From a virus (lineage: Duplodnaviria > Caudoviricetes), in the IMG/VR virus record IMGVR_UViG_3300033074_002135, positions 6,445 to 70,444 of that record: DNA of 64,000 nucleotides, one strand, 5' to 3'. Both the position numbers and the translations under genes were made by a program. Under the pieces are notes generated by a model, which saw only the letters and a program-made list of their open reading frames with translations, was not told the origin of the DNA and did no database searches. Shown here piece after piece: positions 44,327 to 52,506 of this stretch. The first letter of the stretch is position 1; every line of letters begins with the position of its first letter.

Positions 44327-44878
44327 TCACTCCAGCGCCGCACCGTCGTCGAGATCGTCCTCGAACTCGTCGACGGGCTCCTCTTCCTCTTCCTCTTCGA
44401 GATCTTCGTCCGCTTCCTCGGAGTCCTCGTCTTCGACCGCCAGCTTCCCGGAGTCGACGAGCCCGCCGATGTGGAAGAGCAGCGAAACGACGGCCTCGGG
44501 CTCGTCGAAGAGCTCGAGGCTCGACACGACCTCGAGCATCGGCTCGTACTCCTCGAGCTCGAGGTCGCCGAGCGACTCCGCCATGGCGGAGAGCAGTTCG
44601 GGGCTCAGCATCTCGCCGAGGTTCTCGAGAAGGATCTCTTGCTCCTCCTCGCTGAGCTCTTCCTCGATGTTCATCACCGCGTCGCTGAGCTCGGTGAGAA
44701 CCTCGTCGAGCGCTTCCGCGTTCTCCTCCATGTACGGAAGGAGCTCGTCGAGGCGGCCGACCTCGACGTCGTCGAGGTGCTCGTCCGCGGTCTCGATACC
44801 ATCGTCGATCGCATCGAGCTCTTCTTCGCCAGGCTTCGGGCCGGCGAAGGCCGCCATCTTGTTCGGGTCGATTGCCAT
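44327..44878 (-). CDS. Hyperacidic protein (183 aa)
   Basis: Hand count about 68 D/E versus 4 K/R; AGAGGAG RBS. Confidence 0.85.
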   Translation of the reverse strand: MAIDPNKMAAFAGPKPGEEELDAIDDGIETADEHLDDVEVGRLDELLPYMEENAEALDEVLTELSDAVMNIEEELSEEEQEILLENLGEMLSPELLSAMAESLGDLELEEYEPMLEVVSSLELFDEPEAVVSLLFHIGGLVDSGKLAVEDEDSEEADEDLEEEEEEEPVDEFEDDLDDGAALE

Positions 44879-44922
44879 GTGTGCTGCTCCTCTCGAGGTG
44901 TGCCGATCCTACCGGCGGGGTC

Positions 44923-45861
44923 TCAGCGTTGCAAGTACACGCGCCGGCCGCTCTTGTATCGCCAGGCGGGGATTCCCCAGTCAGGCATCCACGGAGTCAG
45001 CACTGCGCGATCATTGGGGCGGTTCGGCGGATGAAACCACGACTGCCCGATCAGTCGAGCGATGCTCTTCTTCGCCAGCCCCGAGCCGCTCGGGAGCGAC
45101 TTCGGCATCCTGAACGCCTTGCCGGGCTCGGCGACCTGCCCGTGCATCGCGAACGAGTCGGCTGCCACGCGATCGTCGAAGGGCTCGCCGCTCGCGTCAT
45201 CGATCAGCTCGGTCCACCGCATCATCATGCCGGGATGGCTCGCGCCCAGCGCCTTGACGCCCTCGACTTGCGCCGCGTTGTACGCGTAGCTCGCCTCGGT
45301 TCGGATCACACGCTCCACGCGCCACCAGTTCTCCGAAACGGCTGCAGTGATCGCATCCAGCGCGTCGGACATGCGCGCGTCCTCACGCAAGGTGACGTCC
45401 AGCAGGCTGCGTCGTACGGCCTTGTCGACCTCCTGCTGAATGGCCGCGAGGGCCTGTCCGCGTGCCGGCGCGAGCGCGGCGCGTGGGGCGAAGGCGGCGG
45501 CTCTGAACGCGCTCTCATCCTCGAGCGCGCCGCCGGTCCCGGTGAGCCTGCCTGCGAAGCGCGTGAGGCCCCGCAGCGACTCCTCGACGGCGACGCGGCT
45601 GGCGGTGTCGAGCTCACGCTCGAGGCGGTCTGCAGCGCGCGCGACAGCAGCCGACGCTGCAGCCCGCAGGCGCTTCATCTGCGAGGGGTCGACCGCACGA
45701 GCTGCGCTGCCTCGGTACGTCTTGCGCAGCACACGCTCGAGATTGCCGACCTCTTCGTCGAGGATGGTCTGCGCCGAGCTGATCGCAGACCTGTCGAGGA
45801 GTCGGTCAGCCCGCGTGCGGGCTGCTTTGATCTCCCCGAGGGCGCGGTCGCGTTTTGCCAT
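44923..45861 (-). CDS. Head morphogenesis protein (Mu gpF/SPP1 gp7-like)
   Basis: ERVIRTEASYAYN, RWTE..DDRV..S..MHGQ, PPNRPNDRAV (Cys-free variant). Confidence 0.85.
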   Translation of the reverse strand: MAKRDRALGEIKAARTRADRLLDRSAISSAQTILDEEVGNLERVLRKTYRGSAARAVDPSQMKRLRAAASAAVARAADRLERELDTASRVAVEESLRGLTRFAGRLTGTGGALEDESAFRAAAFAPRAALAPARGQALAAIQQEVDKAVRRSLLDVTLREDARMSDALDAITAAVSENWWRVERVIRTEASYAYNAAQVEGVKALGASHPGMMMRWTELIDDASGEPFDDRVAADSFAMHGQVAEPGKAFRMPKSLPSGSGLAKKSIARLIGQSWFHPPNRPNDRAVLTPWMPDWGIPAWRYKSGRRVYLQR

Positions 45862-46180
45862 CCCCCGTCAATAGCACACCCACACCCCAGGCCCACAGCC
45901 GCGTCTTCAGCCCGCACCACGTGCCGAGCACCCACCAACGCCAGATGACGAACCAGGCGATCGACAAGAGCTCTCGGGTCTCGACCGCGTGCATCACGAT
46001 GTTGTCGGGCGGCCTACCGCCCATCACGTCGAAGTGACCGTCGCGCGCTTTCACGATCGTCACGCGGCCGTTCTCGTTGCGGACATAGAACGCGAGGCCG
46101 TGGCCGGGCGCGTGGAAGTCGTCCGCGGTCTCGACGCTCAGTCGGCGAACCAGCCGCGCAGCCAGTCGTGCTTTGATCAT
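45806..46180 (-). CDS. Hypothetical protein (124 aa)
   Basis: ATGA overlap with HNH gene. Confidence 0.55.
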   Translation of the reverse strand: MIKARLAARLVRRLSVETADDFHAPGHGLAFYVRNENGRVTIVKARDGHFDVMGGRPPDNIVMHAVETRELLSIAWFVIWRWWVLGTWCGLKTRLWAWGVGVLLTGDGKTRPRPRGDQSSPHAG

Positions 46181-46917
46181 GTGATGTACCGCTTCCGCCC
46201 ACTCGGCAGGAGGATGAACTTCCCGCCCTTCTTGCCGCGCTGCACCGTGCCGGCCTTCTTGGGCTTGGCCTTCGGCTCGGGCTCTGCCTTCTGCGCCGCG
46301 CCCTTCTTCGCCGGCTTCTTCGGCTCTTTGTCTCGGTACCGGGCAGTGGCTTCGGTGGGCGTCTCGGCGTGGATCTCACGGATGCGCTTCGCGCGGCGGG
46401 CTTCGTTCTCTGCAAGGATCGCCTTGGCCGCCTTCCGCTGAGCCGGCGACCCGGTCTTCGCCAGCTCGTGGAGCCGCGTCTCTTCGCGCTTCTCGATCTC
46501 CAGCTCGTCCCGACGGGTGACGAGCTGGTATTCCATGTAAGCCTCTTTCCCGTGCTTCTTGCGGTACGCGGCAGCGTCGGCCTTGCGCTCCTCGAGCATC
46601 TTCTTGCCCTCGGCACGGTCGATCGGGGTCTCGACCAGCTTGGCGATGCGCTTCTTGATCGCAGCAATGTCGTGCCCGCGCGGCGCGAGGAAGTCCTTGA
46701 GAAACTTGTCGAGGGGCTTGTCCTGCTTCACTGAGTTGCAGCGGTTGCACATCGTCAGCAGGTTGGAGTCGAGGTTCTGTCCGCCGCCCGCGCTCGGTTC
46801 AATGTGATCAACGGTGAGGCCGTATCCGTGTGGTCCACCCCGCGCCCCGCAGCAGGCACAGCGATTGCCGTCACGCCGGTACAGAGCCAGACGCCGGTCT
46901 GGCTTGATCCAGTTCAT
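46177..46917 (-). CDS. HNH endonuclease fused to a basic region and the C-terminal GKKGG..SGRKRY motif
   Basis: RDGNRCACC..LTVDHIEP..GG.N..NLLTMCNRCNSVK; Lys-rich tail. Confidence 0.9.
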   Translation of the reverse strand: MNWIKPDRRLALYRRDGNRCACCGARGGPHGYGLTVDHIEPSAGGGQNLDSNLLTMCNRCNSVKQDKPLDKFLKDFLAPRGHDIAAIKKRIAKLVETPIDRAEGKKMLEERKADAAAYRKKHGKEAYMEYQLVTRRDELEIEKREETRLHELAKTGSPAQRKAAKAILAENEARRAKRIREIHAETPTEATARYRDKEPKKPAKKGAAQKAEPEPKAKPKKAGTVQRGKKGGKFILLPSGRKRYIT

Positions 46918-46947
46918 CCCCTGACCGGCCTTACGAGCAACCACTGA

Positions 46948-47322
46948 TCACCTCAGAACGTAGCGGCGAAACCAGTTAGAGACCGCGGTCATCCCGGCGT
47001 CGATCGTCAACGTCTCGCCGGTGAGCGCGTCGGCGACGCCGTCGAGCCACACGCCGTCGAGGCCCTCGAGCGCCTTGCGCGCTTCCTCCTTGAGCGTCCG
47101 GGGCCAAGGCACCCCTGCTGCGACCGCGGCCTCGAGCTCATCGGCGTGCGCGAGGAAGAACTCGAACGCGGCGAATGCGCGCCGCGACGCGGGGTCGTCC
47201 TCGAGCATGCGCACGCTCTGCTGTGGCACGTAGGCGAGTGTCGGCTCGCTATCGAGCTCACCGTCCTCGTCCTCTTCGACAGGCTCGGGGGGAGGGGCTG
47301 CCCACTTGGTGAGATCAGCCAC
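46948..47322 (-). CDS. Hypothetical protein (124 aa, acidic N-terminus)
   Basis: GTG start overlapping upstream stop. Confidence 0.7.
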   Translation of the reverse strand: MADLTKWAAPPPEPVEEDEDGELDSEPTLAYVPQQSVRMLEDDPASRRAFAAFEFFLAHADELEAAVAAGVPWPRTLKEEARKALEGLDGVWLDGVADALTGETLTIDAGMTAVSNWFRRYVLR

Positions 47323-47725
47323 GGCCGCCCTTCCCGATGTAGCGCTTCTTCCCCGAGGCCGTCACGACGTACTTGCCACCCTTCTTGCCCTGCTGCACGT
47401 GCAGCGCCGGCTTCGACTCGGGCGGCGGGCGATCGCTCGCCGCAGCAGGCTTGGCGGCAGCTCGTGGCGCGCTCCCCCGGTACAGATCGGGATACGCGCT
47501 CCGCGCATGCTGCCCGCGCTGCGAGTCGTGGTGCGCCTTGTCCTGGCGCGAGCGCGCGGCCGCGTGAGCGTCCACATGCGCCTGCGCAGCCACGACGTGG
47601 TCCTCGCGCCGCCCCGAGCGCGCGGCCGTCTGCGACGCCGTCTCGGCGCGCTGCCGCAGAACCGCGTAATCGCTCCCGCCTTGTGCGCGTTGCACGCTCG
47701 CGGCCGTTCTCCTCTTCGCAGCCAT
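47315..47725 (-). CDS. Basic low-complexity protein with C-terminal GKKGG..SGKKRY motif
   Basis: GAGG RBS; ends VQQGKKGGKYVVTASGKKRYIGKGGRG. Confidence 0.8.
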   Translation of the reverse strand: MAAKRRTAASVQRAQGGSDYAVLRQRAETASQTAARSGRREDHVVAAQAHVDAHAAARSRQDKAHHDSQRGQHARSAYPDLYRGSAPRAAAKPAAASDRPPPESKPALHVQQGKKGGKYVVTASGKKRYIGKGGRG

Positions 47726-47733
47726 CGCTCACC

Positions 47734-48126
47734 TCACGACGTGATGATCTTGTCCGTGCCGGGACCCCGATTGATCTCGACGATGCAGTGCGAAGGCGCC
47801 TTCGCGAGCTGCTTCTCCATCTCTCGCGCGCAGCTCTTGCACGCGTAGACGACCGAGCAGCGGTAGTAGGGCGTCGGCGACCCGTCGCTCGACTTGATCT
47901 GCACGACCGACTTCATGAAGTCCTCGGGCGAGAGCTGCGAGAGCTGCGCGACCGCCGGGTTCTTCAGCGCCTCCTTCAACTCCATCATCACGATCGCGCG
48001 CAGCAGCGGGCGCCTGCTGCACCCCGCGCACGTCGCGCCGATCGGAAAGGCGTGCTGTTGGTGGACCTCTTCCGCGGTCTGTCGGCCGCCAAAGAGCTTC
48101 TTCCGATGGATCGTTTTGCCGCTCAT
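47734..48126 (-). CDS. Zn-binding hypothetical protein (130 aa)
   Basis: CAGC and CKSC pairs. Confidence 0.8.
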   Translation of the reverse strand: MSGKTIHRKKLFGGRQTAEEVHQQHAFPIGATCAGCSRRPLLRAIVMMELKEALKNPAVAQLSQLSPEDFMKSVVQIKSSDGSPTPYYRCSVVYACKSCAREMEKQLAKAPSHCIVEINRGPGTDKIITS

Positions 48127-48419
48127 TCGCTCTGCTCCTTCGGCTTCGCCCCCGCGAGAGCCTCTCTGTGCGCCACAACCCTCTTGTGGTGCTGATCCAC
48201 TTGCTCGACGTCGCCCACCTTCTTCGCAGCTCTACGCGCTCTCAGATGCGCATTCAGAGCTCGAGTCCGCGCAGCCTCAACGTCACCCTGCAACCGCGCA
48301 GCGGACCGTGCCGCAGCCTCGTGCTTGGTAGCACGCTCCGAGAGCTTCTTCGAGAGCGTGCGCGCCGCGTCGACCGGCGTCGGTGTCGTTGAGGCTGCGC
48401 GCTTGATCGGGCGCTTCAC
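48123..48419 (-). CDS. Basic helical protein (98 aa)
   Basis: GTGA/ATGA coupling; Arg/Lys/Ala-rich. Confidence 0.7.
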   Translation of the reverse strand: MKRPIKRAASTTPTPVDAARTLSKKLSERATKHEAAARSAARLQGDVEAARTRALNAHLRARRAAKKVGDVEQVDQHHKRVVAHREALAGAKPKEQSE

Positions 48420-49120
48420 CGCGCCTTCTTCCCGAGATAGCGCTTCTTTCCCGACGGAGTCATCACGTAGCGGGCACCGCTGGCCGAGGTCTGGACCTGC
48501 GCCTTCGGCCGGGCTGCTGCGGGGCTGGCGCCCGCTCCCTGGCCCGCTGCTGCGGGTACGCGATGGCGCTTCGGCGTCGCGATCCCCTTCTGACTGTGGC
48601 TGATCCCCTCGGGACTCGCGGGGCGCCGAGGCACAACGTGATGTGGGGCCGTCGAGGCCGGACTGCTCGCGCCCGGATGCCGCTTCGGCGTCGCGATCCC
48701 CTTCTGGCTGCGGCTGACGCCCGCAGGCGCCCCTCCCGCCGGCACGGTGTGGTGCGGCCGAGTTCCGCTTTTGTTGGTCGGTGCGCCGTACGACCCGTCC
48801 GGTCGCTGCACGGCCTTCATCATGTCGGCGGTATCGTTCCGCATCGTGTGCTGCCGCCGAAGGTTGCCAGCCGCCGCAGACCGGTCGGCGGGGCGCGTAC
48901 CCACGCTCGCTGCCTTGGTGCGCACCGTAGCGGCAGAACGCTCGGGCGCACGAACCTCCCTACCGTCCTGGCCGTGCGCGTTCGACATCTGCTTCGTGCG
49001 GCGATGCTCGTGCCCACGATCGGAAGGCCGCACAGCGCTGTTGCCCGGCGTTGGCTTGGTTAGCGGAGTCCGCTTCGGCTTCACGTAGGTGGAATCGGGG
49101 TAAGAAGGGCGTCTCGGCAT
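48416..49120 (-). CDS. Basic disordered protein with internal repeat and C-terminal SGKKRY motif
   Basis: GAGG RBS; two SQKGIATPKRH repeats; ends SGARYVMTPSGKKRYLGKKAR. Confidence 0.8.
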   Translation of the reverse strand: MPRRPSYPDSTYVKPKRTPLTKPTPGNSAVRPSDRGHEHRRTKQMSNAHGQDGREVRAPERSAATVRTKAASVGTRPADRSAAAGNLRRQHTMRNDTADMMKAVQRPDGSYGAPTNKSGTRPHHTVPAGGAPAGVSRSQKGIATPKRHPGASSPASTAPHHVVPRRPASPEGISHSQKGIATPKRHRVPAAAGQGAGASPAAARPKAQVQTSASGARYVMTPSGKKRYLGKKAR

Positions 49121-49128
49121 GATCTACC

Positions 49129-50817
49129 TCACTTGATGTATCGCTTACGTCCGCTCGGGAGAAGGATGTACTTGCCACCCTTCTTGCCCTGCACAATCCG
49201 ACCCTTCGAGCGAGAGCCGGGTCCGCGAGCTCGGTCCTCGGCGGGCTGATGGGCGGACCCGGCAGAACCCGGCGCCGGACCAGACGGTGCGACGCGGGTC
49301 GTAACCAGGCCATGACGCCGCGCCTTGCGCGTCTCGATGTATTCCTCACGCATCGACTTCAGGCGATCGGCAGTCCCGTGATCGTTGTTCTGCCGCGCGT
49401 GAGCTTCTGCGTCTGACAGCGCCTTGAGCGCGCGGCTGCGCTTCGCGTAGCTCGCGTCAGGCGTGAGACCGCGGTGCAGCATCTCCGCTCGACCGACGAC
49501 GAGGTCTTGCGCCTTCCTCTTAGCGCGCGACTCCTCGCCCTTGACGCGCCGCTCGTGCTCGGCAAGCCGCGCCGCAAGCGGCATCTCTCGCGTGGCCGCC
49601 ACGGCGTCGGAGCGCTTGGGCTCTGCGGAGCGCGTGGGCTCTGCAGAGCGCTCGGGTGCGGGCGTGCCGCGTACCGCGGAGACGAAGCCCTCGTGAGACG
49701 CGCGCTGCTCCGGGGTCGGGGCCGACGCCGCTGCCTGCTCGTGGAGCCTCACGGCGTGCGCCTCGGCTCGATCTGCCGCCGCGACCGAGGCGGGGTCGCC
49801 TCTGCGTGCTGCGATGCCGCGGAGGACCGCAGCTCGGCGCGCCTGCTGGTCTGCACGCAGCGCTTGGTCCGCATACGTCTCCGCCGGCTTGCTTGCCGGT
49901 GGACCCTGCACCTCGACCCGCTGCTCGGAGCTCGCGCCACGCAGCACGACCTGATGCGCGCTCGTAGCCGGTGGTGGTACCTCAGGCGTACGCCCCCCGT
50001 TCGTAGCAGTCGACCGGTGCTCGCTGCGTGCTTCCTCGTGTCTGCGCACCGCGCGATCACGTTGATCTCCCGTCAGCCGCTCACGTGCAATGTGCGCAGC
50101 AACCTCGTGGGCGGCTTGCGCTTCCGCATGATCGTCGGCATCCCCGGTCTCATCTGCGATCGCCGACATGCGCCGCGCAATGTGGTGCGCGCGTACGTAC
50201 TCGGGATCGTCTGGAGCCCTTTGGTCGGCCGGCGTAGCGCCCATCGGGGGAGGCGTTGCAGGAGCACGCGTCGGAGCCGCGCGGCGCCCGCGACTCTGCG
50301 AGCCGGCTTCCGCCTGCGGAACGCCTGCTCGGCTCGACGCGTCCTGCAAGCGCGCTGCCATGGCGCTCGGGAGGCTTCGCAGGCCGCCGGTCTCCTCGAG
50401 CTTGGCGACGTGCGCGCGGTGCTCTGCGCCTGCACTGCGTGCGGCTCCTCGGTGCCGCTCAGCTTCCGCGGAATCGCCGGCGGCTTCGTGCGCCTCGGCG
50501 GCACGCCGGTAGCGAACCGCCAGCTCAGCCGCCGCGAGCGCGGCTTCAGCTCGGGTGGTGTGCGGCGCTCCGGGGCGTGCCGCCTCTTGGCGGATCTCGC
50601 TGAGCTCTTCAGCAGCGGCCGCTGCAGCCCGCATCGCGATGGTTGCTCGCGATCGCGCGTCAGCCTGCGCCGCCCCACCGCTGCTGCCCACCGGCGCAGC
50701 GCGCCGGCCCTGCCGCTCCTCACGGAGACGCCCTTCGTGGATTGCACGCAGCTCTTTGCGCGCGGCGCGCTCCGCTGCGAGGCGCTCTGCCTTCTCTCGG
50801 TCACGTCGTGTCGCCAT
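49129..50817 (-). CDS. Ala/Arg-rich protein (562 aa) with C-terminal GKKGG..SGRKRY motif
   Basis: GGAG RBS; ends KGRIVQGKKGGKYILLPSGRKRYIK. Confidence 0.8.
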   Translation of the reverse strand: MATRRDREKAERLAAERAARKELRAIHEGRLREERQGRRAAPVGSSGGAAQADARSRATIAMRAAAAAAEELSEIRQEAARPGAPHTTRAEAALAAAELAVRYRRAAEAHEAAGDSAEAERHRGAARSAGAEHRAHVAKLEETGGLRSLPSAMAARLQDASSRAGVPQAEAGSQSRGRRAAPTRAPATPPPMGATPADQRAPDDPEYVRAHHIARRMSAIADETGDADDHAEAQAAHEVAAHIARERLTGDQRDRAVRRHEEARSEHRSTATNGGRTPEVPPPATSAHQVVLRGASSEQRVEVQGPPASKPAETYADQALRADQQARRAAVLRGIAARRGDPASVAAADRAEAHAVRLHEQAAASAPTPEQRASHEGFVSAVRGTPAPERSAEPTRSAEPKRSDAVAATREMPLAARLAEHERRVKGEESRAKRKAQDLVVGRAEMLHRGLTPDASYAKRSRALKALSDAEAHARQNNDHGTADRLKSMREEYIETRKARRHGLVTTRVAPSGPAPGSAGSAHQPAEDRARGPGSRSKGRIVQGKKGGKYILLPSGRKRYIK

Positions 50818-50820
50818 CGG

Positions 50821-51246
50821 TCAGTCTCCGTGCTGGTGGATGATGCCACGCCAACCACGGAGCCGGAAGTCGCTGCCGCGGTCGTCGACGAAGAGGTCGA
50901 CCGAGGGCTTGCCCTGGTGCTCCCAGATCAACGCGAAGACACCGGGGAGCTCTGTGTTGACGAAGTCGATCATCTGGCGGTAGCGCGCCTCGTTGAGCTC
51001 GCGGCTCGCCTCCCACCGCTTGCGATCGAGCTTCTTGATGCCCGCGATGACGAAGGGGTCCATCTCCGGGTTCGCGAACAGCCAGCGGTTCGCTCGCGCG
51101 CTGTAGAGCACGAGGACGTGGCCTGCGGCCTTCAAACGAAGAAGCCCTCCGCGGGCTCCGGGAAGGAACCGAAGAGGGGTCTTGAGGTCGTCGTAAGCGT
51201 GGTCGTCGCGAACGATCGTGCCATCGAAGTCAACTGCGATCTTCAT
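50821..51246 (-). CDS. HAD-superfamily phosphatase (capless)
   Basis: IAVDFDGTI, LYSAR, GKP..LFVDDR. Confidence 0.9.
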   Translation of the reverse strand: MKIAVDFDGTIVRDDHAYDDLKTPLRFLPGARGGLLRLKAAGHVLVLYSARANRWLFANPEMDPFVIAGIKKLDRKRWEASRELNEARYRQMIDFVNTELPGVFALIWEHQGKPSVDLFVDDRGSDFRLRGWRGIIHQHGD

Positions 51247-51803
51247 CCGAGATACCGCTTCTTTCCGCTCGGCGTGACGATGTAGTAGCCACCCTTCTTG
51301 CCGCGCTTCACTCCACCAGCACGCTGCCGATCTGAGAGCTCAGGCTGCGGAGCTCCACCAGGCTTCGGAGCTCCGCCAGGCTTCGGTGCGCGCTTCGGGG
51401 TACCGCCGGGCTGAGGCCGCGGCTTTCGCCGCGGTGTCGGCTGCGGCTTGGGCTTCCCTGGCTTCGGCTTCGGCGGCGCTTCGTCGTCATCGAGCGTGAA
51501 GCGTGGGTGCCGCTCGAGGATGTCGGGGCCCGATGCGCGTCGCACGTGCTCCCGCGCACTCGCCAGCGACGCACGCGCGGACTCGCTGAGCCCGGCATCT
51601 GGGTGCGCGCCGAGGAAGTTCGCGGCAGGCGACTGCGCCTTCCCCGCCCCACCTGTCGAAGCGCGCGGCTGTCGCGCCTGCGTCGTGCGCGTGCTCTCTG
51701 CGGCGAAGGCGAGTAGCTGCCGAACGCGTGGGTTGCTGGATCGCTGCGCCGCAGCGTCCACGCGGTCGGCCACCAACTGCCGAAGTCGATCTCTAAGACT
51801 CAT
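51243..51803 (-). CDS. Basic Pro/Lys-rich protein with C-terminal GKKGG..SGKKRY motif
   Basis: GGAGG RBS before ATG 51803; PKPGGA repeats; ends GVKRGKKGGYYIVTPSGKKRYLG. Confidence 0.8.
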   Translation of the reverse strand: MSLRDRLRQLVADRVDAAAQRSSNPRVRQLLAFAAESTRTTQARQPRASTGGAGKAQSPAANFLGAHPDAGLSESARASLASAREHVRRASGPDILERHPRFTLDDDEAPPKPKPGKPKPQPTPRRKPRPQPGGTPKRAPKPGGAPKPGGAPQPELSDRQRAGGVKRGKKGGYYIVTPSGKKRYLG

Positions 51804-52243
51804 CGGCGCCTCCTCCGGTTCCTCAAGCGCAGGCGATCCTTGCGCTTCGCCTCTTCGCTCTTCGCCCACTCGAGGACGCGGTGCTCGTCCCGGCAGCGGT
51901 AGAGCCGCGCGACGCTGCCCTCCTCGATCGCAGCGTCGAGCCACCCCTTCTCGACGAGGAGTTTGATCTCCTCCCAGCGAATGCCCCATCGCTTGATCCA
52001 GAACGCGGCCGACCGCCAGCCATCCAGCGGCGGTAGGCCGCCCTCACGAACGACGCGGTACGTGATGCCGTCCTCGGGGTCCTCGAACGGCGTACCGGCG
52101 CGGAAGGGCGCGTCGGGGCTGCCCGGCTGCACGCGGAAGTCGGTGATCGGCTCACCGCTCCGGTTGCGTGGGACGTCCTTATGGGCTCCGGGCCAGTCGC
52201 GTGCGAGCACGGTCTGGCCTCGGATGCGCATGCGTGTCGGCAT
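51800..52243 (-). CDS. Hypothetical protein (147 aa)
   Basis: TGATG start coupling, ATGA end overlap. Confidence 0.7.
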   Translation of the reverse strand: MPTRMRIRGQTVLARDWPGAHKDVPRNRSGEPITDFRVQPGSPDAPFRAGTPFEDPEDGITYRVVREGGLPPLDGWRSAAFWIKRWGIRWEEIKLLVEKGWLDAAIEEGSVARLYRCRDEHRVLEWAKSEEAKRKDRLRLRNRRRRR

Positions 52244-52506
52244 CAGTCGTCCTTCTGAACCACGTTGTCCTCGACGTGCCTGGTGATCAGAGATTGCTGC
52301 GCGGTGGCAACGGCGCCGATCAGTGACACGTCCATCACGGTGTTGTGGTCGAACGTGAAGCCGCCGTCGGCACGCACCGCGACAACGAGATAGCCGGTGA
52401 TGGGGCGGGCATCCTCGAGCACCCGCTCGACCGCGGCGCTCAGGTGCTCTCGGAGCTTCTCGTCGCGCTTGACGGCGAGCGGCTTGAGTTGCGTGACGTC
52501 GCTCAC
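52243..52506 (-). CDS. Hypothetical protein (87 aa)
   Basis: GTGA overlap with portal stop. Confidence 0.75.
   Translation of the reverse strand: MSDVTQLKPLAVKRDEKLREHLSAAVERVLEDARPITGYLVVAVRADGGFTFDHNTVMDVSLIGAVATAQQSLITRHVEDNVVQKDD

Noticed and set aside
46177-51320. The shared C-terminal motif as a DNA repeat or mobile element
   Set aside because: The copies differ at third codon positions and always sit in frame at protein C-termini; no inverted repeats or target duplications
51340-51390. Short 18-nt tandem repeats (PKPGGA here; RSAEP near 49610-49650) as VNTR or CRISPR
   Set aside because: In-frame low-complexity linker repeats with only two to three copies and no spacers
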